DNA of 64,000 nucleotides from Eledone cirrhosa (lineage: Eukaryota): NCBI GenBank assembly GCA_964016885.1, contig OZ024742.1:345836001-345900000 (forward strand), given 5' to 3'. This document shows positions 51,673 to 64,000 of the stretch, piece by piece. A program made the translations under genes and the position numbers. The notes beneath the pieces were generated by a model. That model worked only from the letters and a program-made list of their open reading frames with translations, made no database searches and was not told the DNA's origin. Numbering within the stretch: position 1 is the first letter of the stretch; each line of letters starts with the position of its first letter.

Positions 51673-51751
51673 ATATATATATACGTTGTTATAATTTGGT
51701 AGGGTCATATTGCAAATAAAAACACACGCACCTGTATATATACTATATATA

Positions 51752-51831
<80 letters not shown>

Positions 51832-52599
51832 CATAGATATACATAGTAATCGTTGAAAACCGACTTACTATTTCACCCGGTATTCCTGATGATTTCATAC
51901 GAATGAAACAGTTCTAGTTATGTAGAAATCATTTCTATATTAAATTGTTTATGTTTCCACTCTACTAATGTATTACGTACCTTATTTACTGTGCTTAGCC
52001 CCGATATAACTCGCGATCTACACACATATCTGTGTGTGTGTGTCATATATAGGGTGAGGAAGAAAGAAACAAGCAAAAGGCGTATTTAAATCTGATGTTT
52101 GCCTACATACACTTGCTTATATCGTTAAGTATATATATATATATACATGCGAAGAGGTGCTGCAACGTTCCTGGCTTTAACCCTTTAGCATTTAAACCGG
52201 TCATATTTGGTCAGAATTCTCTCACCTCTTTCTGTTCAAACCGGTTGTAACTGGCCACTCCTACTGATGTTAAGGTATTGTTCTCAAAATAAATAATATC
52301 AAAATCTCATAGATTCAATATCATGTGAGATATTATGAGAAATAAAGCCTTTACGGCGAAAATATAATGGTATATATATAGAGTAATGTAAATGCTAAAG
52401 GGTTAAGGATATCGCGCAAGATGAGAGCTGTTACCTTTAGAGGGGGGGAAGGACCGCTGCAATAAGTGTGGGAATCTGGGAGGGGAATATGATGAATCAT
52501 AATTAACTGACCCTCTTTTTATTTTATTTTACCCAAAGAAAGGACTTTTTTCAGCACCCCACGTACTTAATGAGCTGAACTCATAAAAGGTAGAAATAT

Positions 52600-53561
52600 A
52601 TATTGTTGAAGGTGTTTAATTGTGTGTGTATGTTAGTAGTGTGGGGGGGGGTGTCCCTCTCTGTCTGTCTGTGTGTATGTGTGTGTGGGGGGGGGACGGG
52701 GGTTCCTCTATGTCTCTGTGTTTGTATTTGTGTGTTTGTGTGTGGGTATGTGTATTTGTGTGTGTGGGGGTGTTCCTATCTGTCTGTGTGTATGTGTATG
52801 TATGGGAGTGGGTGTTCCTCTCTGTCTGTGTGTTTGTATGCGTGTGTGTGTATCCCTCTCTGTTTGTGTGTGTGCATGTGTGTGTTTTAGTGTGTGTGTT
52901 TGTGGGGGTGTTCCTCTCTATATCTGTGTGTGCATGTGTGTGTTTGTGTGTGAATGTGTGTGTGTGTATGCATGTGTGTCTATGTGCATGTGTGTGCATG
53001 TGTGTGTATGTGTGTGTATGTGTGTGTATGTGTGTGTGTGTGTGCATGCATGTGTGTGCATGTGTGTGCAGGTGTGTGTATGTGTGTGTATGTGTGTGTG
53101 TGTGTGTGCGTGCATGTGTGTGCAGGTGTGTGCATGTGTGTACAGGTGTGTATATGTGTGTGTATGTGTGTGTGTGTGGGTGTGTGTGCATGCATGTGTC
53201 TGCAGGTGTGTGCATGTGTGTGCAGGTGTGTATATGTGTGTGTATGTGCGTGTGTATGCATGCAGGTGTGTGCATGTGTGTATATGTGTGTGTATGTGCG
53301 TGTGTGTGCATGCATGTGTGTGCAGGTGTGTGCATGTGTGTGCAGGTGTGTATATGTGTGTGTATGTGTGTGTGTGTGCGTGTGTGTGCAGGTGTGTGCA
53401 TGTGTGTACAGGTGTGTATATGTGTGTGTATGTGTGTGTGTGTGTGTGTGTGTGTACATGCATGTGTGTGCAGGTGTGTGCATGTGTGTGCAAGTGTGTA
53501 TGTGTGTGTGTGTGTGTGTGTGTACATGCATGTGTGTGCAGGTGTGTGCATGTGTGTACAG

Positions 53562-53597
<36 letters not shown>

Positions 53598-53851
53598 ACA
53601 TGCATGTGTGTGCAGGTGTGTGCATGTGTGTGCAAGTGTGTATATGTGTGTGTGTGTGTGTGTGTACATGCATGTGTGTGCAGGTGTGTGCATGTGTGTA
53701 CAGGTGTGTATATGTGTGTGTATGTGTGTGTGTGTGTGTGTGTACATGCATGTGTGTGCAGGTGTGTGCATGTGTGTGCAAGTGTGTATATGTGTGTGTA
53801 CATGCATGTGTGTGCAGGTGTGTGCATGTGTGTACAGGTGTGTATATGTGT

Positions 53852-53883
<32 letters not shown>

Positions 53884-54034
53884 ACATGTATGTGTGTGCA
53901 GGTGTGTGCAGGTGTGTGCAGGTGTGTATATGTGTGTCTGACTTTATATATGTAATCAGATCAATAGCTAAAATCATATAAGTATGTATATTTATCTCTC
54001 TATAAATATATATATATGTATATGTATATATGTA

Positions 54035-54066
<32 letters not shown>

Positions 54067-54087
54067 AGTGTGTGTGTGTGTGTGTGC

Positions 54088-54156
<69 letters not shown>

Positions 54157-54160
54157 TTTA
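52600..54160. repeat. Complex (GT)n-derived satellite with higher-order gcaggtgtgtgcatgtgtgt units
   Basis: Source of the six overlapping CV/HT ORFs. Confidence 0.95.
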
Positions 54161-54764
54161 TATAGACACAAATATACATAAATATCTGAATGGATATATA
54201 TAATTATGCATAGTTCTGTGTGTCTATATACATATATATATGCCTATATAAACATGTATGTATGTTGTTTCTACGTTTGGCACAAGGCCAGCACATACCC
54301 AGTGTATTACTGGTACTTTATTTTATCGACCCCGTAAGGATGAAAGGCAAAGTTATCCTCGGTCGGATTTGAACTCAGAAAGTAAATAGCCATAACTCTA
54401 TGCTGTGAAATATGGTGTCTGACGCTGCGTGTATATATCATACATACGTGTATATAGTTAAATACTCATATATCAATATATATACCTCTGTATGTATAAA
54501 CATGTATATATAAATATATCTTTGTGTGTGTGTGTGTTTGTGTGCTTGTGCGTATGTGTGTATTTCTTTGTATGTATGTGAGTGTCCGTGTGCCCTACTA
54601 CATGTGTGTCTGCGTGTTGTATATGCGTGTGTCTCTGTATGTGTGTGTATACACATACATATATATAATTAAATGTAATTATGTAAACGTCTGTATACAT
54701 AAACATGTATGTATAAATAGACATGTATGTGTATGTGTGTTTGTGGTGCGTCTCAATATGTGCG

Positions 54765-55175
54765 TATCTCTGTGTGTATGTAGGAGCGAATGTGTGTGTC
54801 TGTGTGCGTGCGTCTCTGTATGTAGGAGCGAATGTGTGTGTCTGTGTGCGTGCGTCTCTGTATGTAGGAGCGAATGTGTGTGTCTGTGTGCGTGCGTCTC
54901 TGTATGTAGGAGCGAATGTGTGTGTCTGTGTGCGTGCGTCTCTGTATGTAGGAGCGAATGTATGTGTCTGTGTGCGTGTGTCTCTGTATGTATTAGCGAA
55001 TATGTGTGCGTGTGTATATGTGAGAGAGGGAGTGTGTCTGTGTGCGTGTGTCTCTGTATGTATGAGCGAATGTGTGTGTCTGTGTGCGTGTGTCTCTGTA
55101 TGTATGAGAGAGGGAGTGTGTCTGTGTGCGTGTGTCTCTGTATGTATGAGCGAATGTGTGTGTGTGTATCTCTAC
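54765..55175. repeat. 42-bp minisatellite
   Basis: Unit taggagcgaatgtgtgtgtctgtgtgcgtgcgtctctgtatg. Confidence 0.9.
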
Positions 55176-56299
55176 GTGTATGAGAGAGTGGTGTGCCTGT
55201 GTGCGCCTATGCGCTCATGTGTGTATATATGTACATAGCGTACGTGTGTGTTGGTCTCAGTATTATTCACCATTAACCTGGTTGTATGTTGTAGTTGCTA
55301 AGCTCTAGATACTTGACGTCGTCTTGCCAGTTCTGTCTTTCATCAGAAACACTTTAACTTGTCTTCCATGCCAAAACAAACCGATCCCATTTCGTTAGTT
55401 CACCCTACAAACAGAAACATAATTTACTTTCTACCTTGCATCATTTCCTTTAAACTTGTGTGTGGCTGATTGTGTAACATTCCCTTTTAGTTGGAAATTA
55501 TGTTATATCTTTTCATACAAAGATATAATATGGCGGTGGATTAGCAGTATCGGTAGAGGGTCGGACGCCATGCTTTCCAACATAGTTATATCTCCTTACG
55601 ATCTGAGTTCAAATCCCACCGAGGTTGACTTTGCCTTTCATCCTTACGGGGTCGATAAAATAAAGTACCAGTAATGCACTGTGTAATTGCTGGCCTTGTG
55701 CCTAAAGTAGAAACAATTATATCCTTTCATACAAAACAACCTGAAACCTCCCTGATTCCACGCTTGATCTTTCTTTCTTTTTCTCTTTTTCATTTCCTTC
55801 CTCACCCATTCCTTTTAGTGTGTTTTGTATCTATTAGATACTACTCAATTATTTTATATAATGCCATTAGCCTCTCATGACGTCAGATTTAGTATATTGA
55901 ATAAATTGTTATCTTGTTTAAAAAAAAAACACAAAGCTGTTTATTTTAAAATGTTAATATTTATTTTAAAACCTGCCATCTTGATTTTATATAAGTACCT
56001 TTATTATGTTATGTTCCAAACAGCAGATAAATCATGAGAGATTTAGTTGTTTATCAAATCCCTCCAAAATGTTTATTATTTTCAAAGTGATTTTGGATAC
56101 TATAAACTGTGTCTTTCATTAGAAATATAACAAAAAAGTTAAAGTATTTATATTAATCTAAAGACTTTCCATCAAACTTTTATGTAATATTTGCTAAGTA
56201 ACTCTCCAAAGACCAGCTTAACAATGAAAATATTAGTTATTTTACTTAATCATTTTAAAAAATTTAATTTAAAAAAAATATAAAGTTATATATATATAT

Positions 56300-56720
56300 A
56301 TAATATTAATTCAAAATATTAACAAAATAGATATTCTTGTGATCAATTATATTTTATGATACATATTTCAGAGGTACTGAATTAAGTTCAACAGTACGTC
56401 CTCATCAGATAAAATAAAATGATACATGACATACCTTGACATGGTAGATGGTTAAGATTTAATCAAGGTAATAAATCTTAACCATCTACCATGTCAAGGT
56501 ATGTCATGTATCATTTTATTTTATCTGATGAGGACGTACTGTTGAACTTAATTCAGTACCTCTGAAATATGTATCATAAAATATAATTGATCACAAGAAT
56601 ATCTATTTTGTTAATATTTTGAATTAATATTAATAACTCTGGAAAATATTAATTGTAGAGTGCTTCCAACCTATTGTAAAACTCATTCTTTGATGTACTC
56701 ATTGAATCTTGTTTAACTCT

Positions 56721-56722
<2 letters not shown>
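56300..56722. mobile_element. Fold-back HHR mini-element; HHR 56517-56583(+); degenerate relative 1922-1987
   Basis: Perfect ~160-bp arms centred 56466. UAUUUUAU-CUGAUGA-GGacGUACUG..CAGUACCUcu-GAAA-UAUGUA-UC-AUAAAAUA. Confidence 0.85.
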
Positions 56723-56752
<30 letters not shown>

Positions 56753-56755
<3 letters not shown>

Positions 56756-56858
56756 TAGTCTTAGTCTTAGTTCCTCCAGTCCCTTGTGGAACATTGGGCG
56801 ACGAGCTGCCTCCACTTGATCCTGTCACTGGCGACCCTTCTAGCACCTCTCCAGGTAA
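56753..56858 (-). mobile_element. RTE LINE 3' tail
   Basis: ASDRIKWRQLVAQCSTRDWRN* followed by (taagac)n. Confidence 0.75.
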
Positions 56859-57000
56859 TTCATATATATATACATATATTAAAAAATGAGGTTGTTTTAC
56901 AAAATGAAAAATAACCGAGTGAAAGTATAAAGAAAAAAAGATTAAATCGAAAATGCAACTGGAGTCTTATTTTTAAAAAAATATATATATTTATTTGGTT

Positions 57001-57037
57001 CCTTTACCGGTTTCGCAGTTCTTCTGCTTTTCAAAAG
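57001..57037 (-). ncRNA. Minimal hammerhead, U3:A8 variant
   Basis: CUU-UUGAAAA-GCAG-aagaa-CUGC-GAAA-CCGG-UA-AAG. Confidence 0.65.
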
Positions 57038-57285
57038 TAGTGTTGAGATGGAGGGTCTGTGGTTTTTCTCACATCTATATATATATATATATTCATTTAG
57101 GCTTGTTGGTTAACCACTGGATAGAACTGGTCATTCCGTATAGTCAACCTTGATGTAATATTAGGGAGAGCACTCGACGTAATGCAACTCACCCGTCTTC
57201 GTGCGTTGTTGGTGGTGCGAGTATGGAGTTAATTATTATAAAATAACAGGAGGCTAGACTGGTGTAATTCCTTAAAGGTTTATTA

Positions 57286-57342
57286 TACTATGAACATTTC
57301 AATGACCGGGTTCAGTATGAATCCGGTGACATCATCAGGTAT
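57286..57342 (-). ncRNA. Minimal hammerhead ribozyme
   Basis: AUAC-CUGAUGA-uguc-ACCGGAUUCA-uac-UGAACCCGGU-cauu-GAAA-UGUUCA-UA-GUAU, then AAUAAA. Confidence 0.75.
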
Positions 57343-60039
57343 TCGAAATTTAACAAAGGAATATAATAAAGGAATATAATAGACGCAATCCATGGGGATA
57401 AAAATGCAGAGAGACGAGAAGGCGGCCAAACAATTAGCAGTTGCCAGTCCGGTTGACCGCCTTCAGGTCTTATTATATATACATATTACTATAAGTCTTA
57501 TTATATATACATATTGCTCAACCGGTTGAGCACTCTATGCTCCTTCGGAGCAGAGTATAATGATATGGAAAACGAAGAATCAGTGATGCATCGAAACACA
57601 ATTTATTAACGTATTACAGTAGCTTCTCCGGCGAACAACTCGAAGTACGATCTATTTGTAGATCGAACCTGACTCCTCATTCGCTACACGTATCTCAGAA
57701 ACCTGCGAATCCAGAGTCAGGTTCGATCCACAAATAGATCGTACCTCGAGCTGTTCTCCGGAGAAACATCACTGATTCTTCGATTTCCATATTATATATA
57801 TATATAACCGTCTCTGTAATCCACGGCTCGTCAGACCCCTTATATCATGTATGTATATATATATAAATAATATATATGTATATCGAAGTGATTTGGATAT
57901 GTTAAGATTTATAACGGCGGCGAAGATTCGAAACCGAATCTGAGATTTCCCGCCTCTGGGACAAGCCGTGGTTAGTTCTTTCTGCCCAGCAGACCAACCC
58001 CTTAGGAGATGCTAACCACAGATCAGATGATATATCTATCCTTCTAACTTCAACCCTTATAAATACAAGGGTTGTTAACGCCCGGCAGAAAAAGTGAAAC
58101 CACAGACAAGACAGGACGTATTTCGCCAACGCTGTCAAAACAGTCTATCCACTAATTTCTCACACGCCATTCTCGCCTGGCTGATTGAATCCTACTACTA
58201 AATGGCTGCAGTTACTCTCTGTTTTGAAATAAACCATGAGAGAGAGGGAAATTCTTTCAAAACATAACTTTCCTCCACTTTCCTATACAGCCAGATCTGC
58301 CCTTCTTTACCCTTTTCTCCTTGATTTTTTTTTTTTTTTTCATTACTTAAATATTTCCATCATTGTATAACTTCTATTTGTAAAATATAGTTGACATAAT
58401 ATGCTTATGTATGTATGGTCCCCTAACTCCTGGTGGAGTTGTGGGAGCATGATACTGATATTCGGCGTTTCTAGGGCATTTTAAAACCTGATGGAGCACA
58501 ATCCTCTTCAGGTCTTAATACAGCAAATTTCTTCCAGAGAAGGAAAGAGCAAGTGACAGAATGGAAATGAGAACGAGATATAGAGGAAGAATCGACCCCA
58601 GTACTAGACTGGTACTTTTTTATCGACCTCCAAGGTTTGAAACAAATACCACAAGGCACTCTATCCGACGTTCTAACAACTCTGCCACTTCGCCATCTAT
58701 GTTTATGGATAACAAATATCAAAATAGAATAAGACAAAAAATTGCTTTGGTTTTCTTTTTTAATTTTTAAAGAACTACGGTATGAAAGCTTAATGGAGTA
58801 AGAATTTGTAGCATGTACCATGTTTTCCCGATGACATCAGCCTCTGGACTCTCGCTTTCTCTCTCTCCCCCTCTCTCTCTCTCCGCCACCCTGAGAGCTA
58901 GAAGGAGAGAGAGCTACACCAGCATTAGGTTGACAGTTTCATTTGTTATTTCTTTTTCATTAGGTCTACTATAATTTATAAACAGAAGTTATACAACGAT
59001 GGGAATATAAAAAAAGAAAGCTAATAACAAAATCAAGTAATGTAAAAAGGGGGGAAGGTGTAAAGAATGGCAGATCTGGTTGTATAGGAAAGTAGATGAA
59101 AGGACTATAAATGCGATAAATGAGAAGAACAGGAACGAACAAGCAAGAACTATTATGCCGCAGAAGAAAGAGAAGAGGAAGGAGAGAATGTGACAGGCTC
59201 TATACCTAGGGTGGGGCGGATAGGCCGCAGTATGAGGAAGGGCAAAGCAGATCCCGATGAGAATTGAACTCAATCACCGGAACATCATAAACATCAAAAG
59301 CTTTCACGACACTGCCGAATCGACGCCATAAGATCGCCATAAGTCTTTGACAAAGTGAGGAGAGAAAAACAGTAAATATTGAGAAGATAGATGTTCAATA
59401 TTCAGAAAGTAGTGTGAAGATGAGGTTAGATAAAAAAGATATTAAGTATTTATAATAGTAATTTTTTTATTTATGTTGATACACAGGTGGTGGCAGCACC
59501 TGTTCCCGATCTATTAAAATGTTATCATATATGTGTCAAGACTCTATCAATAAGATAGTGTGTTAGTCCTCGTAAATAAGTGTGTAAGTATAAACACACA
59601 CACACACACACAAACACATATATATATATATATGTGTGTATGTATATACATATAATTTATACATATAATACACATGTATTTATATACATACATACATATA
59701 CATATACGTGTGTGTGTGTGTGTGTGTGAGAGTCGGTGTAGAAATATATGCACATTTATATGCTTACATATAAATAAATATATATAAATAAACAGATATA
59801 CATATGCATATATTGTTAAAGATACGACTATTTCCGTGTATATAGCGATAGTAGGTGAAGGTGATATATATATCAGAAGCAATTATATCCATCTCTTGAT
59901 AGGCAAAAACACAAAATACATTGAATATATCTGTAACTCTCTCGTTGAGTGGAAACCACATTAAATCTTATTAGAGCAGCCCGCTAAAAGTTTCTATTAA
60001 CGGTTTTTTACTTACTCTACGCAGACACACACACGTGTG

Positions 60040-60072
<33 letters not shown>

Positions 60073-60092
60073 GTGTATATATATATGTATGC

Positions 60093-60157
<65 letters not shown>

Positions 60158-60206
60158 CATATGCATACAATATTACATATATATTATTAATACTATGTAT
60201 ATATAC

Positions 60207-60245
<39 letters not shown>

Positions 60246-60354
60246 CGTGTACATATGTATACAAATTATATATACATACATAAATAAACAGCCAGCTGCT
60301 CATATTATTTCGGCTTATGTTTCTATATTTATGTGCTAGGCAGCCGTAAGATAC

Positions 60355-61443
60355 ATTTATATATCTCTATATAGAATAGTGTTAACCGAATCTAAGTAAC
60401 TTTATATATCTCTATATAGAATAGTGTTAACCGAATCTAAGTAAATTTATATATCTCTATATAGAATAGTGTTAACCGAATCTAAGTAAATTTATATATC
60501 TCTATATAGAATAGTGTTAACCGAATCTAAGTAAATGTATATATCTCTATATAGAATAGTGTTAACCGAATCTAAGTAAATTTATATATCTCTATATAGA
60601 ATAGTGTTAACCGAATCTAAGTAACTTTATATATCTCTATATAGAATAGTGTTAACCGAATCTAAGTAAATTTATATATCTCTATATAGAATAGTGTTAA
60701 CCGAATCTAAGTAAATTTATATATCTCTATATAGAATAGTGTTAACCGAATCTAAGTAAATTTATATATCTCTATATAGAATAGTGTTAACCGAATCTAA
60801 GTAAATTTATATATCTCTATATAGAATAGTGTTAACCGAATCTAAGTAAATTTATATATCTCTATATAGAATAGTGTTAACCGAATCTAAGTAAAGTTAT
60901 ATATCTTTATATAGAATAGTGTTAACCGAATCTAAGTAAATTTATATATCTCTATATAGAATAGTGTTAACCGAATCTAAGTAAATTTATATATCTCTAT
61001 ATAGAATAGTGTTAACCGAATCTAAGTAAATTTATATATCTCTATATAGAATAGTGTTAACCGAATCTAAGTAAATCTATATATCTCTATATAGAATAGT
61101 GTTAACCGAATCTAAGTAAATTTATATATCTCTATATAGAATAGTGTTAACCGAATCTAAGTAAATTTATATATCTCTATATAGAATAGTGTTAACCGAA
61201 TCTAAGTAAAGTTATATATCTCTATATAGAATAGTGTTAACCGAATCTAAGTAAATTTATATATCTCTATATAGAATAGTGTTAACCGAATCTAAGTAAA
61301 TTTATATATCTCTATATAGAATAGTGTTAACCGAATCTAAATAAATTTATATATCTCTATATAGAATAGTGTTAACCGAATCTAAGTAAATCTATATATC
61401 TCTATATAGAATAGTGTTAACCGAATCTAAGTAAATTTATATA
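60355..61443. repeat. 45-bp homogeneous tandem satellite (~24 units)
   Basis: Unit atatctctatatagaatagtgttaaccgaatctaagtaaatttat. Confidence 0.97.
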
Positions 61444-61479
61444 CAAATTTACATGTTTTTAGTATACAGCCATGTAAAC

Positions 61480-61905
61480 ATCTTCGATCCCTTATTCCTG
61501 AGATGGTCGTGGGGCTAGATCCCTCAAGTACTCCCTCCAGCCAGTCCTGTCAGAAGCAACCGTCTTAAACTCAGCCAGCTGCATCCCCAAGCGAGACCAG
61601 CCAAGCTCAGGGATGTAATCCGACAATCTTGCTTAGGGTCTACTCCTGGGACTTCTGCCAGCTGGTTATGTCCATAAAATCTATCCAATGATTCTTTCCT
61701 CAGACATTCTACCGCATGCCCACAGTATCTGAGCTGTGATCTCGATGAAGTAGCAACTCTACCTTGAGTGACTCTCTGATCTCCGAGCTATGTACTTTAA
61801 CGTTACTCTCAAGACATTTCGGAGGAACCCCATTTCGGCCTATATTCGTAATTGTATTCTTCCGGTCATTAGGCAAAATGTATTTCCATAAGTAAAGGTT
61901 GGCAC
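61480..61905 (-). mobile_element. RTE LINE 3' fragment
   Basis: Minus strand encodes SQLRYCGHAVEC..GRSPRSRP..VASDRTGWREYL. Confidence 0.7.
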
Positions 61906-62519
61906 GAATGTAAACATGTCAAGTATAATATTTCTTTGCAATTTGAAAAAGATATTCTGACCTAGTTCATCAGAGGATCTTTATATCATCCAAACACCCA
62001 CAAGGAAATAAGTAATCGAAGGGCTTCTCACTCCTCTCGTACTGTAGTACCCTTAAATGGACGTACTAATTTGCATAGTGTTAGTGCTCGTGTTTGTAGT
62101 TTCTCTCGGGTTTCGAATAATGCCCGCGCCCCACTGCTTATTAATTTTTAGATTTGTTCCACAACCCCCACCCCCAACCACCACCACCACCACCACCCCC
62201 GCTTATTAAATTTAGCTAATCTATCTCCGGCGAAGTTTTATTTTAAGTGGTAGCATTCCTGCGACAATTCATTTTATTTCATACTTTAAAAAACATTAAA
62301 TATGACCCCAAAAAGTACATTACTGGAAATCTCATATGTTATAAAATAAATAGGATGGGTTGGGTTCTCAGTATGTAAAATAAATCAACGAAGACGACCT
62401 AGAAGAATTGCCGATTTTCCACCCATCCCCGTGCTTATTACAGCTTCCTGCTTATTCCAACTCCCTCGCTTATCATTACCCACTCCCCCTTCCCCGCTTA
62501 CCCAGCTCCGCCTCCGAGC

Positions 62520-62775
62520 ATGCATTCATTGAAGTTCCGACGTCCGGCAATGGACTTGGTAAACACCACCAAAGTTATTAACTATCTGGCTAACAACAAC
62601 CCTGAACACGTTTTTGATTTCCATGTGTCTAACACCTGTGGGCATGCCTACAAAATCAGAAAACAGCGCAGCTCCCATGACATTTTTTTCACGCTCACAG
62701 TTGCAGAAGCATGGAAACAAACTACCTGCATCAGTTGTTAGCTGTCGAGACACTGCATGCTTTAAAACCTCCATG
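62520..62775 (+). mobile_element. CR1/L2 LINE ORF2 C-terminal fragment
   Basis: LHSLKFRR..DL..TCGHAYKI..FFTLTVAEAW(N)KLPASVVSC..FK. Confidence 0.8.
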
Positions 62776-63245
62776 GAACAAACTACCTGCATCAGTTGTT
62801 AGCTGTCGAGACACTGCATGCTTTAAAACCTCCATGGAACAAACTACCTGCATCAGTTGTTAGCTGTCGAGACACTGCATGCTTTAAAACCTCCATGGAA
62901 CAAACTACCTGCATCAGTTGTTAGCTGTCGAGACACTGCATGCTTTAAAACCTCCATGGAACAAACTACCTGCATCAGTTGTTAGCTGTCGAGACACTGC
63001 ATGCTTTAAAACCTCCATGGAACAAACTACCTGCATCAGTTGTTAGCTGTCGAGACACTGCATGCTTTAAAACCTCCATGGAACAAACTACCTGCATCAG
63101 TTGTTAACTGTTGAGACACTGCATCCTTTAAAATCTCCATGGAAAAAACTACCTGCATCAGTTGTTAGCTGTCGAGACACTGCATCCTTTAAAACCTCCA
63201 TGGAACAAACTACCCGCATCAGTTGTTAGCTGTCGAGACACTGTA
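62711..63245 (+). repeat. 61-bp tandem repeat (~9 units) amplified from CR1 coding sequence
   Basis: Unit catggaacaaactacctgcatcagttgttagctgtcgagacactgcatgctttaaaacctc, corresponding to WNKLPASVVSCRDTACFKTS. Confidence 0.92.
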
Positions 63246-64000
63246 TCATAATATATATATATATACGTATATATGAAGAAGTGGGGAAGCAACACAAGAA
63301 AACAAGATATAAAAATATTTTACATTACTTCACATGATGTATCTATCGATTTATTCTGTATCTTATAATATTTTCTGCTCTTGTTTATGAATAAATGACC
63401 GTTTTTTATGAGTGTTTTCATGAGTGTATGTGTATATTTTCTTTTGTGTTTGTGTTTGTATGTTTGTGTGTACACATATGTTAATATAGTTTATATAAAA
63501 TGTGCGTGTATATATTCATATTGAAACACATTTCATGTTAAACTTGTATTTCTACATATAAATATAAAACCAATGTTGTCAACGAAATATTAAAAGTCGA
63601 CTTTATACATTACAATTCAATGCTAGGCTGGTGGAATGGCAAAATCGGTAGAGCGTTGAACAAAGTTATAGCACTTTAAATTCTGAGTTCAAATGGAGCC
63701 GAGGTCAGCTTAGCCTTTCAGCCATCCGGGCTCGATAAAATATAGTACCAGTCATGTATTGGAGTCGATGTAGTTGGGTCCCCTCCACCCCTTTCAAACT
63801 GTTGGTATTGTGCGTAAATTAGAAATCAATATTCTAAGTTCATATAAGAGAAGGTATCAAAACAATATCAACAGTTGGTTATTTTTCTTATTGTTGGATA
63901 TGGTTGTTGTAGAATTATACACCACTAGCAGAAAAACCACCATTCGGGTGGTTTTTCTGCTAGCGTATGTAGTGTGTATATTGATATTATACGCAAGTAG

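Noticed and set aside
52616-53981. Long 275-453-aa Cys/Val- and His/Thr-rich ORFs in all six frames
   Set aside because: Open only because (GT)n-derived sequence lacks stop codons; not metallothionein-like genes.
60355-61443. CRISPR-like regular array (also 4890-6260, 62711-63245)
   Set aside because: Head-to-tail repeats without unique spacers, no cas genes, eukaryotic context.

Overview
This is repeat-saturated, AT-rich eukaryotic non-coding DNA. The SINE families and (TA)n/(CA)n/(GA)n density suggest a cephalopod (octopus-like) genome, which is an inference. I found no intact host gene, and almost all listed ORFs (IY/CV/HT/RE runs) are microsatellite artefacts. Real coding remnants all come from retroelements. 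There are at least four Penelope-like element (PLE; RT + C-terminal GIY-YIG) insertions: 20170-28350 (tandem/inverted), 32160-34110, 38360-41655 and 41697-43890. There is also an R4/Dong-like REL-endonuclease LINE, Tx1/L1-, RTE- and CR1-type fragments, two tRNA-derived SINE families and several satellites. The dominant hidden signal is about 35 type-I hammerhead ribozyme (HHR) motifs, identified by eye, from more than 15 unrelated short PLE-pLTR/retrozyme-like families. These sit in (TA)n tracts, usually as fold-back (5'-inverted) or tandem insertions. Several carry non-canonical cores supported by covariation: U3:A8 (UUGANAA, including a 591-bp tandem retrozyme-like array at 43912-46115), A6U (CNGUUGA, in two diverged PLEs) and U4A/U4C. 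All folds were done manually, not computed, and coordinates are approximate to a few bp.
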